This document shows, piece by piece, positions 1 to 9,757 of a stretch of 57,727 nucleotides of DNA; the first letter of the stretch is position 1; each line of letters starts with the position of its first letter. Origin of the DNA: an uncultured Cyanobium sp. (GTDB lineage: Bacteria > Cyanobacteriota > Cyanobacteriia > PCC-6307 > Cyanobiaceae); assembly GCA_964492645.1 (NCBI GenBank), contig CAZBMT010000001.1, positions 1 through 57,727 of the forward strand. Direction: 5' to 3'. The notes under the pieces were generated by a model. It was not told the origin of the DNA and did no database searches. It saw only the letters and a program-made list of their open reading frames with translations. The translations under genes and the position numbers were made by a program.

Positions 1-189
1 CTGACGGCATTTATCGCGGCGTTTCAGGATGCAAAAGAGGGAAGGCCGAACGCTGGCGCGATTCAAGCGTGCATCTTCCTGATCATGGGTGCTGCTCAGT
101 CGGTGCTTACGGCAGAGCACCTTGTCGAGCTGCAGGGGCTGATGGATGCCCACAACCTGAGCGGCGTCTACACCCTCACACCCCCCTGA
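1..189 (+). CDS. Partial (5'-truncated) hypothetical late protein
   Basis: Open frame LTAFIAAFQDAKEGRPNAGAIQACIFLIMG...TPP ending at TGA 187-189; not in ORF track. Confidence 0.6.
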   Translation: MTAFIAAFQDAKEGRPNAGAIQACIFLIMGAAQSVLTAEHLVELQGLMDAHNLSGVYTLTPP

Positions 190-195
190 GGCACA

Positions 196-546
196 ATGAA
201 CGATGACATCACGGACGAGGATCTAGTCGCCAAGGTGCCTCTGACCAGGGGCACTGAGATTGCCCATCTTTTGGGCAGAATCGAAGTAACGCTGAAGGAA
301 ATGAGGCGTGACATTCAAGCCGGCAACTTGGCGCAGATTGAGCTTACCAAGGACGTGGTGAAGCTGGACCGCAGGGTTATGACGCTAGAAGGCAAAGAAG
401 GAGCACGGAAGCTGGTCAGTCGAGTCGTTGCCGTTATTGCGCTTGCCGTTTTAAGCGCGACAATCGTTCCGGCCATCAAGGCCGCTGGTCAGCTACACAA
501 CTGGTTCAGCGCTGTCGACAGGTTCTGCTTCCCAGGCAAGCGCTGA
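196..546 (+). CDS. Membrane protein with coiled-coil and C-terminal TM helix; holin/lysis-cassette candidate
   Basis: Hydrophobic VVAVIALAVLSATIVPAI; located upstream of the lysin. Confidence 0.55.
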   Translation: MNDDITDEDLVAKVPLTRGTEIAHLLGRIEVTLKEMRRDIQAGNLAQIELTKDVVKLDRRVMTLEGKEGARKLVSRVVAVIALAVLSATIVPAIKAAGQLHNWFSAVDRFCFPGKR

Positions 547-561
547 CGGCAAAACTCGAAT

Positions 562-903
562 CTACTCGCTGACCAGCGACGGCTCGAACAGCTGGTGGCG
601 ATTGAGCATCAGGATGAACTCTATCGTCAGCTGCTCGCTGAACACCATGATCCGTTCGGCATCAGCGCTGGTCATCGGGAACAGCTGGATTTTCCTCTCG
701 CTTCTCACCACCATCAGCTTCGCCTCGCGTTCCGATGGCACCGCTTCCGACCCGATCGCTCCGTACATCAGCTGGTCCGCCTGCAGCATCGAGCCGGTCG
801 GCAGGATCGCGTAGTCGCAGGTGATCAGCGGTTTACACTCGATCGGATGCTCACGGTCCCACCAGCTCAGGTACGGCGCACTCAACGCAATCGCGGCGGG
901 CAT
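562..903 (-). CDS. Hypothetical protein, antisense to the late region
   Basis: 113-aa ATG ORF filling the gap, with its own minus-strand GGAAAACT motif at 924-931. Confidence 0.6.
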   Translation of the reverse strand: MPAAIALSAPYLSWWDREHPIECKPLITCDYAILPTGSMLQADQLMYGAIGSEAVPSEREAKLMVVRSERKIQLFPMTSADAERIMVFSEQLTIEFILMLNRHQLFEPSLVSE

Positions 904-915
904 CGGATTGTCGTG

Positions 916-963
916 GCTGCCTAAGTTTTCCCACCGTAGGCCAGCCGGGAAAACTTAGGCAGC
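916..963. promoter_or_regulatory. 17-bp perfect inverted repeat containing back-to-back GGAAAACT motifs
   Basis: GCTGCCTAAGTTTTCCC (916-932), 14-nt spacer, GGGAAAACTTAGGCAGC (947-963), between divergent genes. Confidence 0.75.
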
Positions 964-982
964 ACGCGCTGCCGGTGATTCG

Positions 983-1201
983 GTGAAGCCGCCAAGCCTG
1001 ATCACAGCCCTGCTGGGCATTGCCGCTGTCGGCTTCTTCAACGGCGCTTCGGTGAACACGATCGCCTGGACGCGCTGCACTCAGCACCAGGGCGGCAAGG
1101 CGTGTCAGGAGCTGCAGGTTTCGGCGTCAGCGAGCTGGACGAACTTCGGAACGCTGTTCCTGGCCCTCGTCACGAACGTGATCAGGGAGCAGGCATCGTG
1201 A
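983..1201 (+). CDS. Small two-TM membrane protein (holin candidate)
   Basis: Two hydrophobic segments around a Cys pair; upstream of the lysin. Confidence 0.55.
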   Translation: MKPPSLITALLGIAAVGFFNGASVNTIAWTRCTQHQGGKACQELQVSASASWTNFGTLFLALVTNVIREQAS

Positions 1202-1497
1202 TCCGCTGGGCCCTGTACCGCCTGTTCCGCCGGCTCGCGGGTCTCTGCATCGATCCGCGGTTGGAGGCGGCCCTGCCGGCGGTGCTGGCAGTAGCTGATC
1301 AGCAGCTGCGGCGGTCGGTGCTCGCTGGCCAGCCGGGGCTGGCGGTGCGGGGCCTGCAGGCGGCGATCGAGCTGGAGCTCGGTATCGACGAGGCGACCCC
1401 GGCGCTGACGCAGCAGCTCTGCGACCGCTTCAGCCCGCTGGTGTTCGCCTTCGAGGCGGCCAAGGCAGACCACGACCAACACAGGAGCACACCATGA
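1198..1497 (+). CDS. Hypothetical protein
   Basis: GTG start overlaps the upstream stop; its stop overlaps the lysin ATG. Confidence 0.6.
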   Translation: MIRWALYRLFRRLAGLCIDPRLEAALPAVLAVADQQLRRSVLAGQPGLAVRGLQAAIELELGIDEATPALTQQLCDRFSPLVFAFEAAKADHDQHRSTP

Positions 1498-2759
1498 GCA
1501 GCGCGAAGCCGATCACCCTCGAGGAGCTGTTCCGCTTCTACACCGGTGAGCCGCACCAGCTGGCCGCCATCCGCGAGCTCGAGGCCGACATCGCCGCCAA
1601 CGGCTACGCGGTGGCCATGGACAGGGGGCGGCCCTGGTACAAGACCTGGAGCACGCCGGCGGCCGTTGTCGGCGCCACCAGCAACCTGTTCGGAAGCCTG
1701 AAGCCGCTGCTCGATCTGATCGCCGCCGGGGAGGGCGACTACTGCTCGATCAACCGTGGCGTGGCCGGCGACACGCCGGGGGGCTACCCGGGGCTGGATC
1801 GGCTCACCATCGCCGAGGTGCAGGCGCTGCAGGCCAAGGGCTACAACGCGGTGGGCCGGTACCAGTTCATCCCCTCGACGCTGCGAATCGCCCTGGAGGT
1901 CGCCGGCCTGGGGCCTGCGGCGCGGTTCTCACCGGAGCATCAGGACTGGCTGGCGATCGCCCTGCTGCTCGGCGGGAAGCGGCCGCTGCTGCGCGACTAC
2001 CTGCTGGGTCAAGACGTGCCGATCGAGTCGGCGCAGAAGGAGCTCGCCCTCGAATGGGCCAGCATCCCGATGGCGAACGGCCGTGGCGCCTACGACGGGG
2101 ACAAGGCAGGCAACCGCGCCACCTCCGAGGTGAAGGCCACCCAGCAGGCGCTGCGGACGGCCCGGGCGGCGCTGCAGGGCCGCGAGCTGCCGCCGCTGCA
2201 ACTGCCCCCGCAGCAGGAGCCGAAGCCGGCGCTGCCGCCGAAGCCCTTGTCGGCCAAGCCGCCGAAGGTCAAGGTGAAGCCGCACCTGCTGCTCACCCGC
2301 ACCGGGAAGCGCGACCAGCACGGCCTGGAGATCCTCCAGCTGCAGCGGTTCAAGGACGGCGTGCCGATGGGGGTGCTCACGGCCTATTCGGGCTCCCACC
2401 GGAATCAGGCGTTCAGGCGCGGCGTCGACAGCAAGGCTCGGTCCAATGAGCCGCTGCCAGAGGGCCTGTGGAGCATCGGCGACATCGACTGGGCGGCGGG
2501 CAAGGACAACTACCAGGCCAGCTGGGGTCCCGGGTTGGGGGCGGCATGGGTGCCGATCACCTACCAGGCGCCTGGCAGGACTGGCCGATCGGCGATCGGG
2601 TTCCACCTGGACGAGAACGTGAACTCGGCCCCCGGCTCGGCCGGCTGCGTGGTGTTCCGCACCAAGGCCGATCTGCAGCAGTTCATCGCTTGGCTGAGGT
2701 CCGATGATCCTCGCCAGCTCTACGTGGACTGGGGCCTGGGGAGCTGCCCGAAACCGTGA
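1494..2759 (+). CDS. Two-domain endolysin: lambda-R-like lysozyme/transglycosylase plus C-terminal L,D-transpeptidase-like (DUF2778-type) domain
   Basis: LIAAGEG...GRYQFIPSTL...FSPEHQD...EWASIP; Pro/Lys linker; EPLPEG...IGFHLDEN...PGSAGC. Confidence 0.8.
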   Translation: MSSAKPITLEELFRFYTGEPHQLAAIRELEADIAANGYAVAMDRGRPWYKTWSTPAAVVGATSNLFGSLKPLLDLIAAGEGDYCSINRGVAGDTPGGYPGLDRLTIAEVQALQAKGYNAVGRYQFIPSTLRIALEVAGLGPAARFSPEHQDWLAIALLLGGKRPLLRDYLLGQDVPIESAQKELALEWASIPMANGRGAYDGDKAGNRATSEVKATQQALRTARAALQGRELPPLQLPPQQEPKPALPPKPLSAKPPKVKVKPHLLLTRTGKRDQHGLEILQLQRFKDGVPMGVLTAYSGSHRNQAFRRGVDSKARSNEPLPEGLWSIGDIDWAAGKDNYQASWGPGLGAAWVPITYQAPGRTGRSAIGFHLDENVNSAPGSAGCVVFRTKADLQQFIAWLRSDDPRQLYVDWGLGSCPKP

Positions 2760-2839
2760 CCGGTGACCGTCAATCCCCGCCAACGGGCCACACGGCGGTC
2801 ACGGACTGGTCGAGAACCCTTGCGGCGGCAGGGCTGATG

Positions 2840-2886
<47 letters not shown>

Positions 2887-3023
2887 TTAGCCAAACCCAC
2901 TGCAGCGCAACGAATCTCGACTTAAAGCTCCCCGGCTGGCGACTGTGACAACGGGCACCAGATGGGCACAAAAAGACCCGTTTCGACCCGCAGTGGTCAC
3001 AGAATCGGGCACGCCATTTCGCC

Positions 3024-4109
3024 ATGCCCAGCGACCCCTACCTGACCCGGATCAACCGGGGGCTTCGATCGCTCGGGGTGCCGGTCACCATCGAGACGGC
3101 GCCAGGCGGTCAGCGGTTGCGGCTGCGGGCCACCATGCCGACCGCCGATGGCGGCTGGTCACGACAGCGGGTGACCACCAGGCTGCTCTACCCGCAGGGC
3201 GTCGAGAAGGCGCAGTCGCTGGCTGAGGCGCTGGCACTGGATCTGCGGCGGGCTCGGGCCGGCGAGCCGTTTCCCTTCGATCGCTGGACCGGTGATCGGC
3301 ATGCACTCCCCGGCGAGACGGTCACCGGCCCGGAGGCCCTGCGGCTCACGGAGCGCTGGTGGCGCCAGCGGCGGCGCCGGCCCGGTGGTGACGACACCTG
3401 GCGGGTGGACTACCTGCAGCCGTTGCAGCGCTTGCAGGCGGTGGATGCCGTCACCCCGGAGGTACTGCTGGCGGTGGTGCGGCTGACCCGGGCCGGCACC
3501 AGGACCAGGCTGCGGGCAGCGACAGCGGCGGCCGCGGTGGCGACCGCGCTGGCGATGCCCGCCCAGCTGGTCGAAGAACTGCGGGCCCTGGGCCGTGGCT
3601 ACTCCGGTCGTGATGCGGCCCCCCGCGAGCTTCCGACCGACGCGGTGATCGAGACCGTGATCGATGATCTGCCTGCTGACTGGCAGTGGCCGGCGGGGGT
3701 CATCGCCGTCTTCGGCGCCAGGCCCCATGAGGCCCTGCTGTCGGCCGAGCTGCAGCCATCGGGGCTGCTGGCGATCGGCGGCGGGAAGACCGGGGCCAGG
3801 CAGAGCCTGCCGCTGCCGAAGGCGTGGGTCGAGCGGTGGGAACTCCAGCGGAAGCGGCTGCCGCGGGTGGACCTGTCTCGGAGCCACCGGGAGATCGGCG
3901 GTGCCCTGGGGCAGGTACTGCGCCGGCGGGGAGCTGCCTTCCGCGCCTACGACCTGCGCCATGCGTGGGCGGTGCGGGCGATTCTCACGCCGTCGATCAG
4001 CCCATCACTGGCGGCCAAGAGCATGGGCCACAGCCTGGCGGTGCATAGCAGCACCTATCAGCGGTGGTTTGATGCTCAGTCGATGGTGGCCGTCCTCGAG
4101 GGCCTGTGA
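3024..4109 (+). CDS. int: Tyrosine recombinase/integrase
   Basis: FGARPHE (R), GKTG (K), YDLRHAWA (HxxR-like box), MGHS, HSSTY (Y). Confidence 0.93.
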   Translation: MPSDPYLTRINRGLRSLGVPVTIETAPGGQRLRLRATMPTADGGWSRQRVTTRLLYPQGVEKAQSLAEALALDLRRARAGEPFPFDRWTGDRHALPGETVTGPEALRLTERWWRQRRRRPGGDDTWRVDYLQPLQRLQAVDAVTPEVLLAVVRLTRAGTRTRLRAATAAAAVATALAMPAQLVEELRALGRGYSGRDAAPRELPTDAVIETVIDDLPADWQWPAGVIAVFGARPHEALLSAELQPSGLLAIGGGKTGARQSLPLPKAWVERWELQRKRLPRVDLSRSHREIGGALGQVLRRRGAAFRAYDLRHAWAVRAILTPSISPSLAAKSMGHSLAVHSSTYQRWFDAQSMVAVLEGL

Positions 4110-4263
4110 TCGGGTCGCGTCGTGACGTGGAAGGTCAGCGTTTCGCCAGGCTGCAGTTGAATCAATTTGGCGTGCAGCAGAACATCCTCCTGCGTTATGT
4201 CAACCGAATAGGCGCCGCTCATCGCTCGCCTGATTACAATCCTGAAGCCATCGTCGGTGTCGC

Positions 4264-4527
4264 TTATTTTCCCAGGTACCCCTCAACATCAACACGAATC
4301 CCGACTCTACGGCCGGTGCTTGTTTTCTCGGACCTGACGAACTGCGGCGGGATTGTGCCGCGGTCGATGCGTGCCCGCAGGGCCTTGGTCGACGGCAGGC
4401 TGAGGGCCTGGGCCGCCTGGTCGAGGGGCAGCCAGCGCGGCTTCCCGCCGAGCTGCAGGGCGGCTTCGATCCGGTCGAGGCGTTCGGCCAGCTCGGTGGC
4501 CCAGGGCGGTGCGGTGGGGTCAGCCAT
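4264..4527 (-). CDS. Excisionase-like small HTH protein
   Basis: 87 aa, WLPLDQAAQALSL...ALRARIDRG; convergent with int. Confidence 0.6.
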   Translation of the reverse strand: MADPTAPPWATELAERLDRIEAALQLGGKPRWLPLDQAAQALSLPSTKALRARIDRGTIPPQFVRSEKTSTGRRVGIRVDVEGYLGK

Positions 4528-4611
4528 CGTCCTCCGCAGCCGTGGACGGCCGGCTGATGGTTAGCGGCGCCGGGGCGAACCGGCGCCTTGGCTCCTCGGG
4601 GTAGATAAGGC

Positions 4612-4878
4612 TCATGGCGTCTCCCCTCGAAGCCTGGCGGCGCGCTTTCCGAGGTTCCTTGCCGCAGAATCGTCGCCGGCCTTGGCGGCTTCATCCTTCA
4701 GGCAGTCCAGCACCGCCGCCAGGCCTTCAGGGCAGCACCCTGGGTAGGTCAGTGCACCGGGTACCGCTTCGTAGACCCTGACCAGTTCGGCGGCTTGGGG
4801 GTCCAGCACCGGGCGCACCTTCACCTTGAACGCGCCGCCGGAGATAGCAGCTTGATGCGGGGATTCGGGGAGGTTCAT
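4612..4878 (-). CDS. Hypothetical protein (MNLPESPHQ...)
   Basis: ATG overlaps the upstream stop; tiles with its neighbours. Confidence 0.5.
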   Translation of the reverse strand: MNLPESPHQAAISGGAFKVKVRPVLDPQAAELVRVYEAVPGALTYPGCCPEGLAAVLDCLKDEAAKAGDDSAARNLGKRAARLRGETP

Positions 4879-5273
4879 CGGATGAATGCAGAGGACGAAA
4901 CGGCGGTGCGCAGCTGCTCCAGGGCCCGCAGCGCCACGCCAGGGGCGGCCAGGGCCTGCAGTGCCGGCCAGCACGGGTCGAAGTTGATCGGCCGCCGCTG
5001 CCAGCTCGGCAGCAGCCGCGCCAGCTCCTGTTCGCTCAGGTCTTCCGGCAGCTGCTCGAGCACCAGCTGGACGATCAGCATCAGCTGCACCAGGAACGCC
5101 GGCTGATCGGCGGCGCAGTAGTCGATCACCACGGAGTCTGCGCCGACACGGCAGGCCCTCACTCGAAAGCCGAACATCACCGGGTAGATCCCGAATGACC
5201 AGGCATCGTTTTCCGAGTGGTAGGTGACTGACCAGCCAGTGCCGGGGTCGTTCGGGACAGCGTGAAACTTCAC
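4875..5273 (-). CDS. Hypothetical protein
   Basis: 132-aa ORF coupled to neighbours at both ends. Confidence 0.6.
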   Translation of the reverse strand: MKFHAVPNDPGTGWSVTYHSENDAWSFGIYPVMFGFRVRACRVGADSVVIDYCAADQPAFLVQLMLIVQLVLEQLPEDLSEQELARLLPSWQRRPINFDPCWPALQALAAPGVALRALEQLRTAVSSSAFIR

Positions 5274-5713
5274 TGCACACCTCCCGGCTGGGTGTTCAGG
5301 GTGCCGATCCCGAACTCCTGCACATGCACCAGCTGCCAGCCGCCGAAGCGCAGCCGCATCGTCACCAGGGCGATCCCCAGCGGTTGATCCGGCTGCTGCT
5401 CACGCAGCCGGCGTAGGGCCGCCAGCGCCACCGTCGAGGACAGCCAGGCGTGGTCGTTGACGGCGGCGTTGATCGGGTTCCGGTCCCATTTCAGGGTGTC
5501 GCCGATCAGGTTGACCAGGAACAGTCCCTCCCCGTTCGTGATGCAGTGGACGTGTCGCAGCGCACGCGGCTTCCAGGCGGCGACGGAGCGAGGCGAGGAC
5601 GGCAAGTAGCACTTCTCGGTGCTCACGTCGCCGGGGGTCTCGGATGCTGCGGTGGTCATCGGTGGCGGACTTGCCGATCTCTTGTCGGACCAGGGCGGAA
5701 GCGGCAATGACAT
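5270..5713 (-). CDS. Hypothetical protein
   Basis: ORF tiling in the leftward operon; start uncertain. Confidence 0.55.
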   Translation of the reverse strand: MSLPLPPWSDKRSASPPPMTTAASETPGDVSTEKCYLPSSPRSVAAWKPRALRHVHCITNGEGLFLVNLIGDTLKWDRNPINAAVNDHAWLSSTVALAALRRLREQQPDQPLGIALVTMRLRFGGWQLVHVQEFGIGTLNTQPGGVQ

Positions 5714-5925
5714 GGCGTAGGGCCTGAATGAGGTGTTCGTGAGCGGTCATCGTTTCGCGGCGGGCAAGTCGTAGCAGTCCTGCGCAAACGAGCGGGCGTT
5801 TTCGATGTAGACCGGATCATCTAGCCAGGAGGCGCCATGATCTGGGTCGACGAAATCGGGACAGTGACTGACATCACGCGGCGGCGACTGACGTCCGAAG
5901 CCCAGCAGCCAGAGCAGCAGTTCCA

Positions 5926-7212
5926 TCATTCGATCTCCATGCGCTCGAACCACACCGGCAGCAACAGCGGCACCGCCGCCTGGTCGTAACCAGGCCAGTA
6001 GTCCAGGTTTTCGGCGGTCACCACCTTGTTCAGCGCCTCGCGGTAGTGGCGGCGGCCGATCGCCAGCTGGTCACCATCAACTTCGTAGCGAGCGGACAGG
6101 AACGGGTATTCCTTCTCGCCGACCACATACTCGAAGCCGATCGGCAGGTCATCGAACAGGCGGGGGTTGCCGCCCAGGGCCTCAGCAATGGCTGCACGGC
6201 ACTGGTCGATGGCGTCGTGGTAGAAGGCCGCCGCCAGCAGGTAGTCGTAGTTGACCACTGCCTTGCCGAACGGCTCGGGGCCGCCATCCTGCGCGGACTT
6301 CAGCTCGAAGGCGCGTAGCGACTGGCCCAGGTACCGCAGCGCGTCGATCCTGGCCTTGCAGCGGTGGCCGGTCTCGGGGTCCAGCCAGGTTAGGGTGAGC
6401 TCATTCAGACGGCTGCCGTGGGCCTGGTTCGGGTCGGCGAAGAACGGCCGCAGGCCCGGGTGATTCAGCACCTTGCCGCTCAGCTGGGCGACCAGCTCGG
6501 CATCGGCGGCGCTGATCACCTCGGCACCTGGGTGCTCCTTCTCGAAGCGGTCCCACCACTGCTGGCGCGCCTGGGCATCCAGCCAGGCATTGTTGGCCTT
6601 GGTCCCGGGCTTGGAGTCCTTGCCGTCGACCAGCTGCTTGTCGGTGGGCCGCCGCGGTGCATCCGGTGGCAGCACCACGTACTCGGCGGCGTACCGCTCG
6701 GGCTCGAGGATCGCGGCATGGGTGAGGGTGCCGATGCGGAACGCGGCGGTGTCCTCACGCTGCGGCGCCAGGGGGTCGCGGTACGCGGCCCAGGCGTGAG
6801 CGCAGGTGCGCCGGTAGGCGATCTTCAAGAGGCTGGCGTTCCAACCCGGCATGGCGTCGTAGGCCTCGCGGGGCAGACCGAGGAAGGCCTGGGGATACGG
6901 GCCCAGGTCGGGCAGCTGCGGGGCAGCCGGTTCAGCAGCCGCCGCGGGGGCGCTGGCGGGTGCTGCAGCAGGGCCGGCTTCGGCTGCAGGTTCCGGGGCT
7001 GCTGGTGCAGCAGCTGGGGCGTCCGACGCCGGCGCGGGGGCCGGTTCGGCAGCCGTGGCTTCGGCCGGCGGCAGGAACGGAACCTCCTTGTTCAGCGGGC
7101 CGGCGGTGGCCAGGGCGGCGGCGATGGCGGTGGCGGCGGTGGCCTCCGGAGCGGGGGCGTCGGTGGCGGGGGCGGGCGCCTTGGTGCGGGCGCGGCGGGT
7201 CGTGGCGGTCAT
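5926..7212 (-). CDS. RecE/exodeoxyribonuclease VIII-like PD-(D/E)XK exonuclease (DUF3799-like) with Ala/Pro-rich N-terminus
   Basis: TAAFRIGTLTHAAILEPE, CKARIDAL...ELKS, F...VVNYDY..AAFY, WPGY; near recT; start set at MTATTRR. Confidence 0.85.
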   Translation of the reverse strand: MTATTRRARTKAPAPATDAPAPEATAATAIAAALATAGPLNKEVPFLPPAEATAAEPAPAPASDAPAAAPAAPEPAAEAGPAAAPASAPAAAAEPAAPQLPDLGPYPQAFLGLPREAYDAMPGWNASLLKIAYRRTCAHAWAAYRDPLAPQREDTAAFRIGTLTHAAILEPERYAAEYVVLPPDAPRRPTDKQLVDGKDSKPGTKANNAWLDAQARQQWWDRFEKEHPGAEVISAADAELVAQLSGKVLNHPGLRPFFADPNQAHGSRLNELTLTWLDPETGHRCKARIDALRYLGQSLRAFELKSAQDGGPEPFGKAVVNYDYLLAAAFYHDAIDQCRAAIAEALGGNPRLFDDLPIGFEYVVGEKEYPFLSARYEVDGDQLAIGRRHYREALNKVVTAENLDYWPGYDQAAVPLLLPVWFERMEIE

Positions 7213-7658
7213 CGGCAGATCGATTGATGGACTTCGGTGGCCAGCTGCACGCCCGCAGCCAGGACGGCCACGGGGAGCAGGAACAGGGACAGGCGTCGCA
7301 TGGGGTTCAGAGGCGAAGGCAGGCCTGGGTCGTGGGGGCATGCGCGTTGCAGAGGCGATCGATGGACTGCTCGGCAGGGCCGGCAGCAGCGAAGGCGGCA
7401 GCAATCACGATCACGACAGCGACTGCGGCAGGGCAGATGGAAGCGCGGGAGCGGGCGGGGCCGGTCATGAGCGTTCCGGCGGCAGGAGGCGGCTGTACCG
7501 CTCGGGCGGCGGGGGCGTCGACCACACGCGGCGGCCGTTGAGGATCAGGCAGGGCTGGCCGTCACAGAGCACCCTCTGCGGCGGCTCTGGATCGGGGTTC
7601 GGGCGGGGGCGAGGTGGGGCGGCGATCATGGTTCGGTGGCGGGGAAGCAGGGCGGCGG

Positions 7659-7973
7659 TCAGAGGCAGATGTCCTGGAGCAGATCGGCGATCACGTCGTT
7701 CTGCGCGGCCAGGTGCTGCCGGGCCTCCAGCAGCCGGCAGCCGAGCGACGACGTCGGTGTTTTCGACACCTCGTTGGTCGAGGGCCTGTCCGCCTCCGCG
7801 CCGTGATGGGCGAGGACTGGCTGCAGGCGCTGGCGCAACATGGAGACCAGCTTTTCGGTCTTGATGGCTACATCGGAAAGGCGGTCCAGCTCTCGCTCGA
7901 TCTCACCCGGCTCGCGGGAGGGCTCGCTGTGGGCGACGAGGAAAGGGGCTCAGGCGGAAATCATCGACTGCAT
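7659..7973 (-). pseudogene. Coiled-coil hypothetical gene interrupted by an in-frame TGA at codon 8
   Basis: MQSMISA*APFLVAHSEPSREPGEIERELDRL...MLRQRLQPVL... in one frame; TGA at 7950-7952. Confidence 0.45.
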
Positions 7974-8052
7974 GGGCGGACAGGATCAGACGGGGTTGCG
8001 GTGGTGATCGGGATACAGATTGCCCCGGCTGAGGCGAAGCCGGGGGCTTGCT

Positions 8053-9363
8053 TCACACAAAGGCGGCCTGCTCGCCCTCCTCTTCTTCGGACTGGGCGGC
8101 CTGGGCGGCAGCAGCGGCTTCGGCGATCTCGTTGATCCGCTCCTGGGTGAGCAGCTTCTGGCCGTCACTGGAGTCGCCTTTGTTCCAGCGACGGCACACA
8201 TCGTCGCTGCCCAGCAGCTGCATGACCCGATCGAACAGGGCGACCGGGACCGTCTCGATGCTCTCGATGCCGTTGACCGCAAGCTCAGCCGCGAAGGCCT
8301 CCACGCCGATGGGACTGAGCATGTAGCTCACGCCACGCTGGATGGTGGCCACCTGCTCGGCGTTGATCTTCGGCACTGCCTCCGAAGGCTGCACACCGCC
8401 GGGAACCGCCGGGGCGGCAGCGGCCGCGGGGGGCGGCGCCTCAGCGGGCGCGGGGGCAGGCGGGGCTGCAGCGGCAGCAGCCGGAGCACGGGCTGGCGCG
8501 GGATGCACCACGGTCACCTGGGCCGGAGTCACCGGCTCGGCAGCGGCCGGGGGTGCTGCATCGGGCCGGGCGGCCATCAAGTGGTTCAGGGGCAGATCCT
8601 GGGCCGATCCCAGTTCTTCCTGGCGCTGCAGTTCCATGGCATGCGCCATTTCCGCCGACGATGGCAGGTACTTCAGTACCTGGAGCAGCACGACCTTGCG
8701 GGCGTACATTTCCGGGTGCCGGAAGCTGTAGTGACCCCGGCCCTGCTTGTTGATCTTGTCGCGGTGCCGCCAGACCTTCGGCATCGTCCAGACCTCGATC
8801 ACTGGGTATTCGCTGCCGTTCACGCGACCGATCGCGTAGACGTAGACCAGCTTCTCGGGGTCGATTTCCTCGCCTGGGCGGTGATGAACGAACGGCTTGT
8901 CGCCGAGGGCGTAGTCGAACTCGTCACCCTCGAACACGGCGCCGGTCCAGACGGAGGCGCGGCCAGTGCGGCTGACCAGGTCGACCAGGCCCTTCCAGCC
9001 GGGGACGAATGTGCAGGTCTCCTTGTACGGGATCAGGTAGCAGGCGCCGTTGATCCCGGGCTCGAGGCCTAGGGCGCAGGCCTGCATGACTGCACCGAGG
9101 AACGAGGCCTTGTCGCACTTCAGCAGGTCCGGGTTCTTCCGCACCTCCGTCAGGGCGATGCGGGCCAGGCGGTCGGCGGTGACGTGGCTGGGGAGGGCCC
9201 GCGCCATTTCCTGCTTCACCCTGGGGTCGGAGAGCAGGGCAAGGATGCCGCCTTCCTCGCCGGAGGCATTCGGACGGGCGGCCACGCGGCTGGCGGGCAT
9301 GGAGAGGCCGCCGGTGGGCGGTGCGGGGCGGCCGTTGCGGCGGACTGGGGTGTTGGCGGGCAT
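8053..9363 (-). CDS. recT: RecT ssDNA-annealing recombinase with long Ala/Pro linker and extra C-terminal domain
   Basis: ALPSHVTADRLARIALTEVRKNPDLLKCDKASFLGAVMQACALGLEP...YLIPY...GWKGLVDL...MYARKVVL. Confidence 0.93.
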   Translation of the reverse strand: MPANTPVRRNGRPAPPTGGLSMPASRVAARPNASGEEGGILALLSDPRVKQEMARALPSHVTADRLARIALTEVRKNPDLLKCDKASFLGAVMQACALGLEPGINGACYLIPYKETCTFVPGWKGLVDLVSRTGRASVWTGAVFEGDEFDYALGDKPFVHHRPGEEIDPEKLVYVYAIGRVNGSEYPVIEVWTMPKVWRHRDKINKQGRGHYSFRHPEMYARKVVLLQVLKYLPSSAEMAHAMELQRQEELGSAQDLPLNHLMAARPDAAPPAAAEPVTPAQVTVVHPAPARAPAAAAAAPPAPAPAEAPPPAAAAAPAVPGGVQPSEAVPKINAEQVATIQRGVSYMLSPIGVEAFAAELAVNGIESIETVPVALFDRVMQLLGSDDVCRRWNKGDSSDGQKLLTQERINEIAEAAAAAQAAQSEEEEGEQAAFV

Positions 9364-9559
9364 TCCGGGTAGCTGGGTTTTCAATCTGATCTTAGTCCAG
9401 ATTGGCAACCTGTTGCAACTGGTGTAAATCCTGATGCGTATCGTTACGGGCTGTTGTAATTCCAGCGCCATGGTGCACGCCGCTACCGCGCGGTCTTTCG
9501 CACGGTTGGCCGCTAAGCGAATCTGAGCTTAGTCTTCATTCCTCCTTAACCATCATGCT

Positions 9560-9757
9560 TTGTTGCCGGCCGTGATCATCCTTGCCCAGACCCCTCACGA
9601 AGCTGATCTCCTCGCCCGCCGCCTCCAAGCCATTCAGCATCTCCTCGGCCAATCCGTCATCACCAACCTCCAGACCGCTGACCTTGAGCCCCTACTTGCC
9701 GTCGATCGCGCGCTCCGCACCGCTCGCCTCCACTCCTCAACTCGGCGACAGCAGTAG
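9560..9757 (+). CDS. Small hypothetical protein divergent from recT
   Basis: 65-aa ORF after an AT-richer intergenic region. Confidence 0.4.
   Translation: MLPAVIILAQTPHEADLLARRLQAIQHLLGQSVITNLQTADLEPLLAVDRALRTARLHSSTRRQQ

Noticed and set aside
4106-4564. 152-aa plus-strand ORF after the integrase
   Set aside because: Overlaps the better-supported minus-strand excisionase-like gene and has no motif
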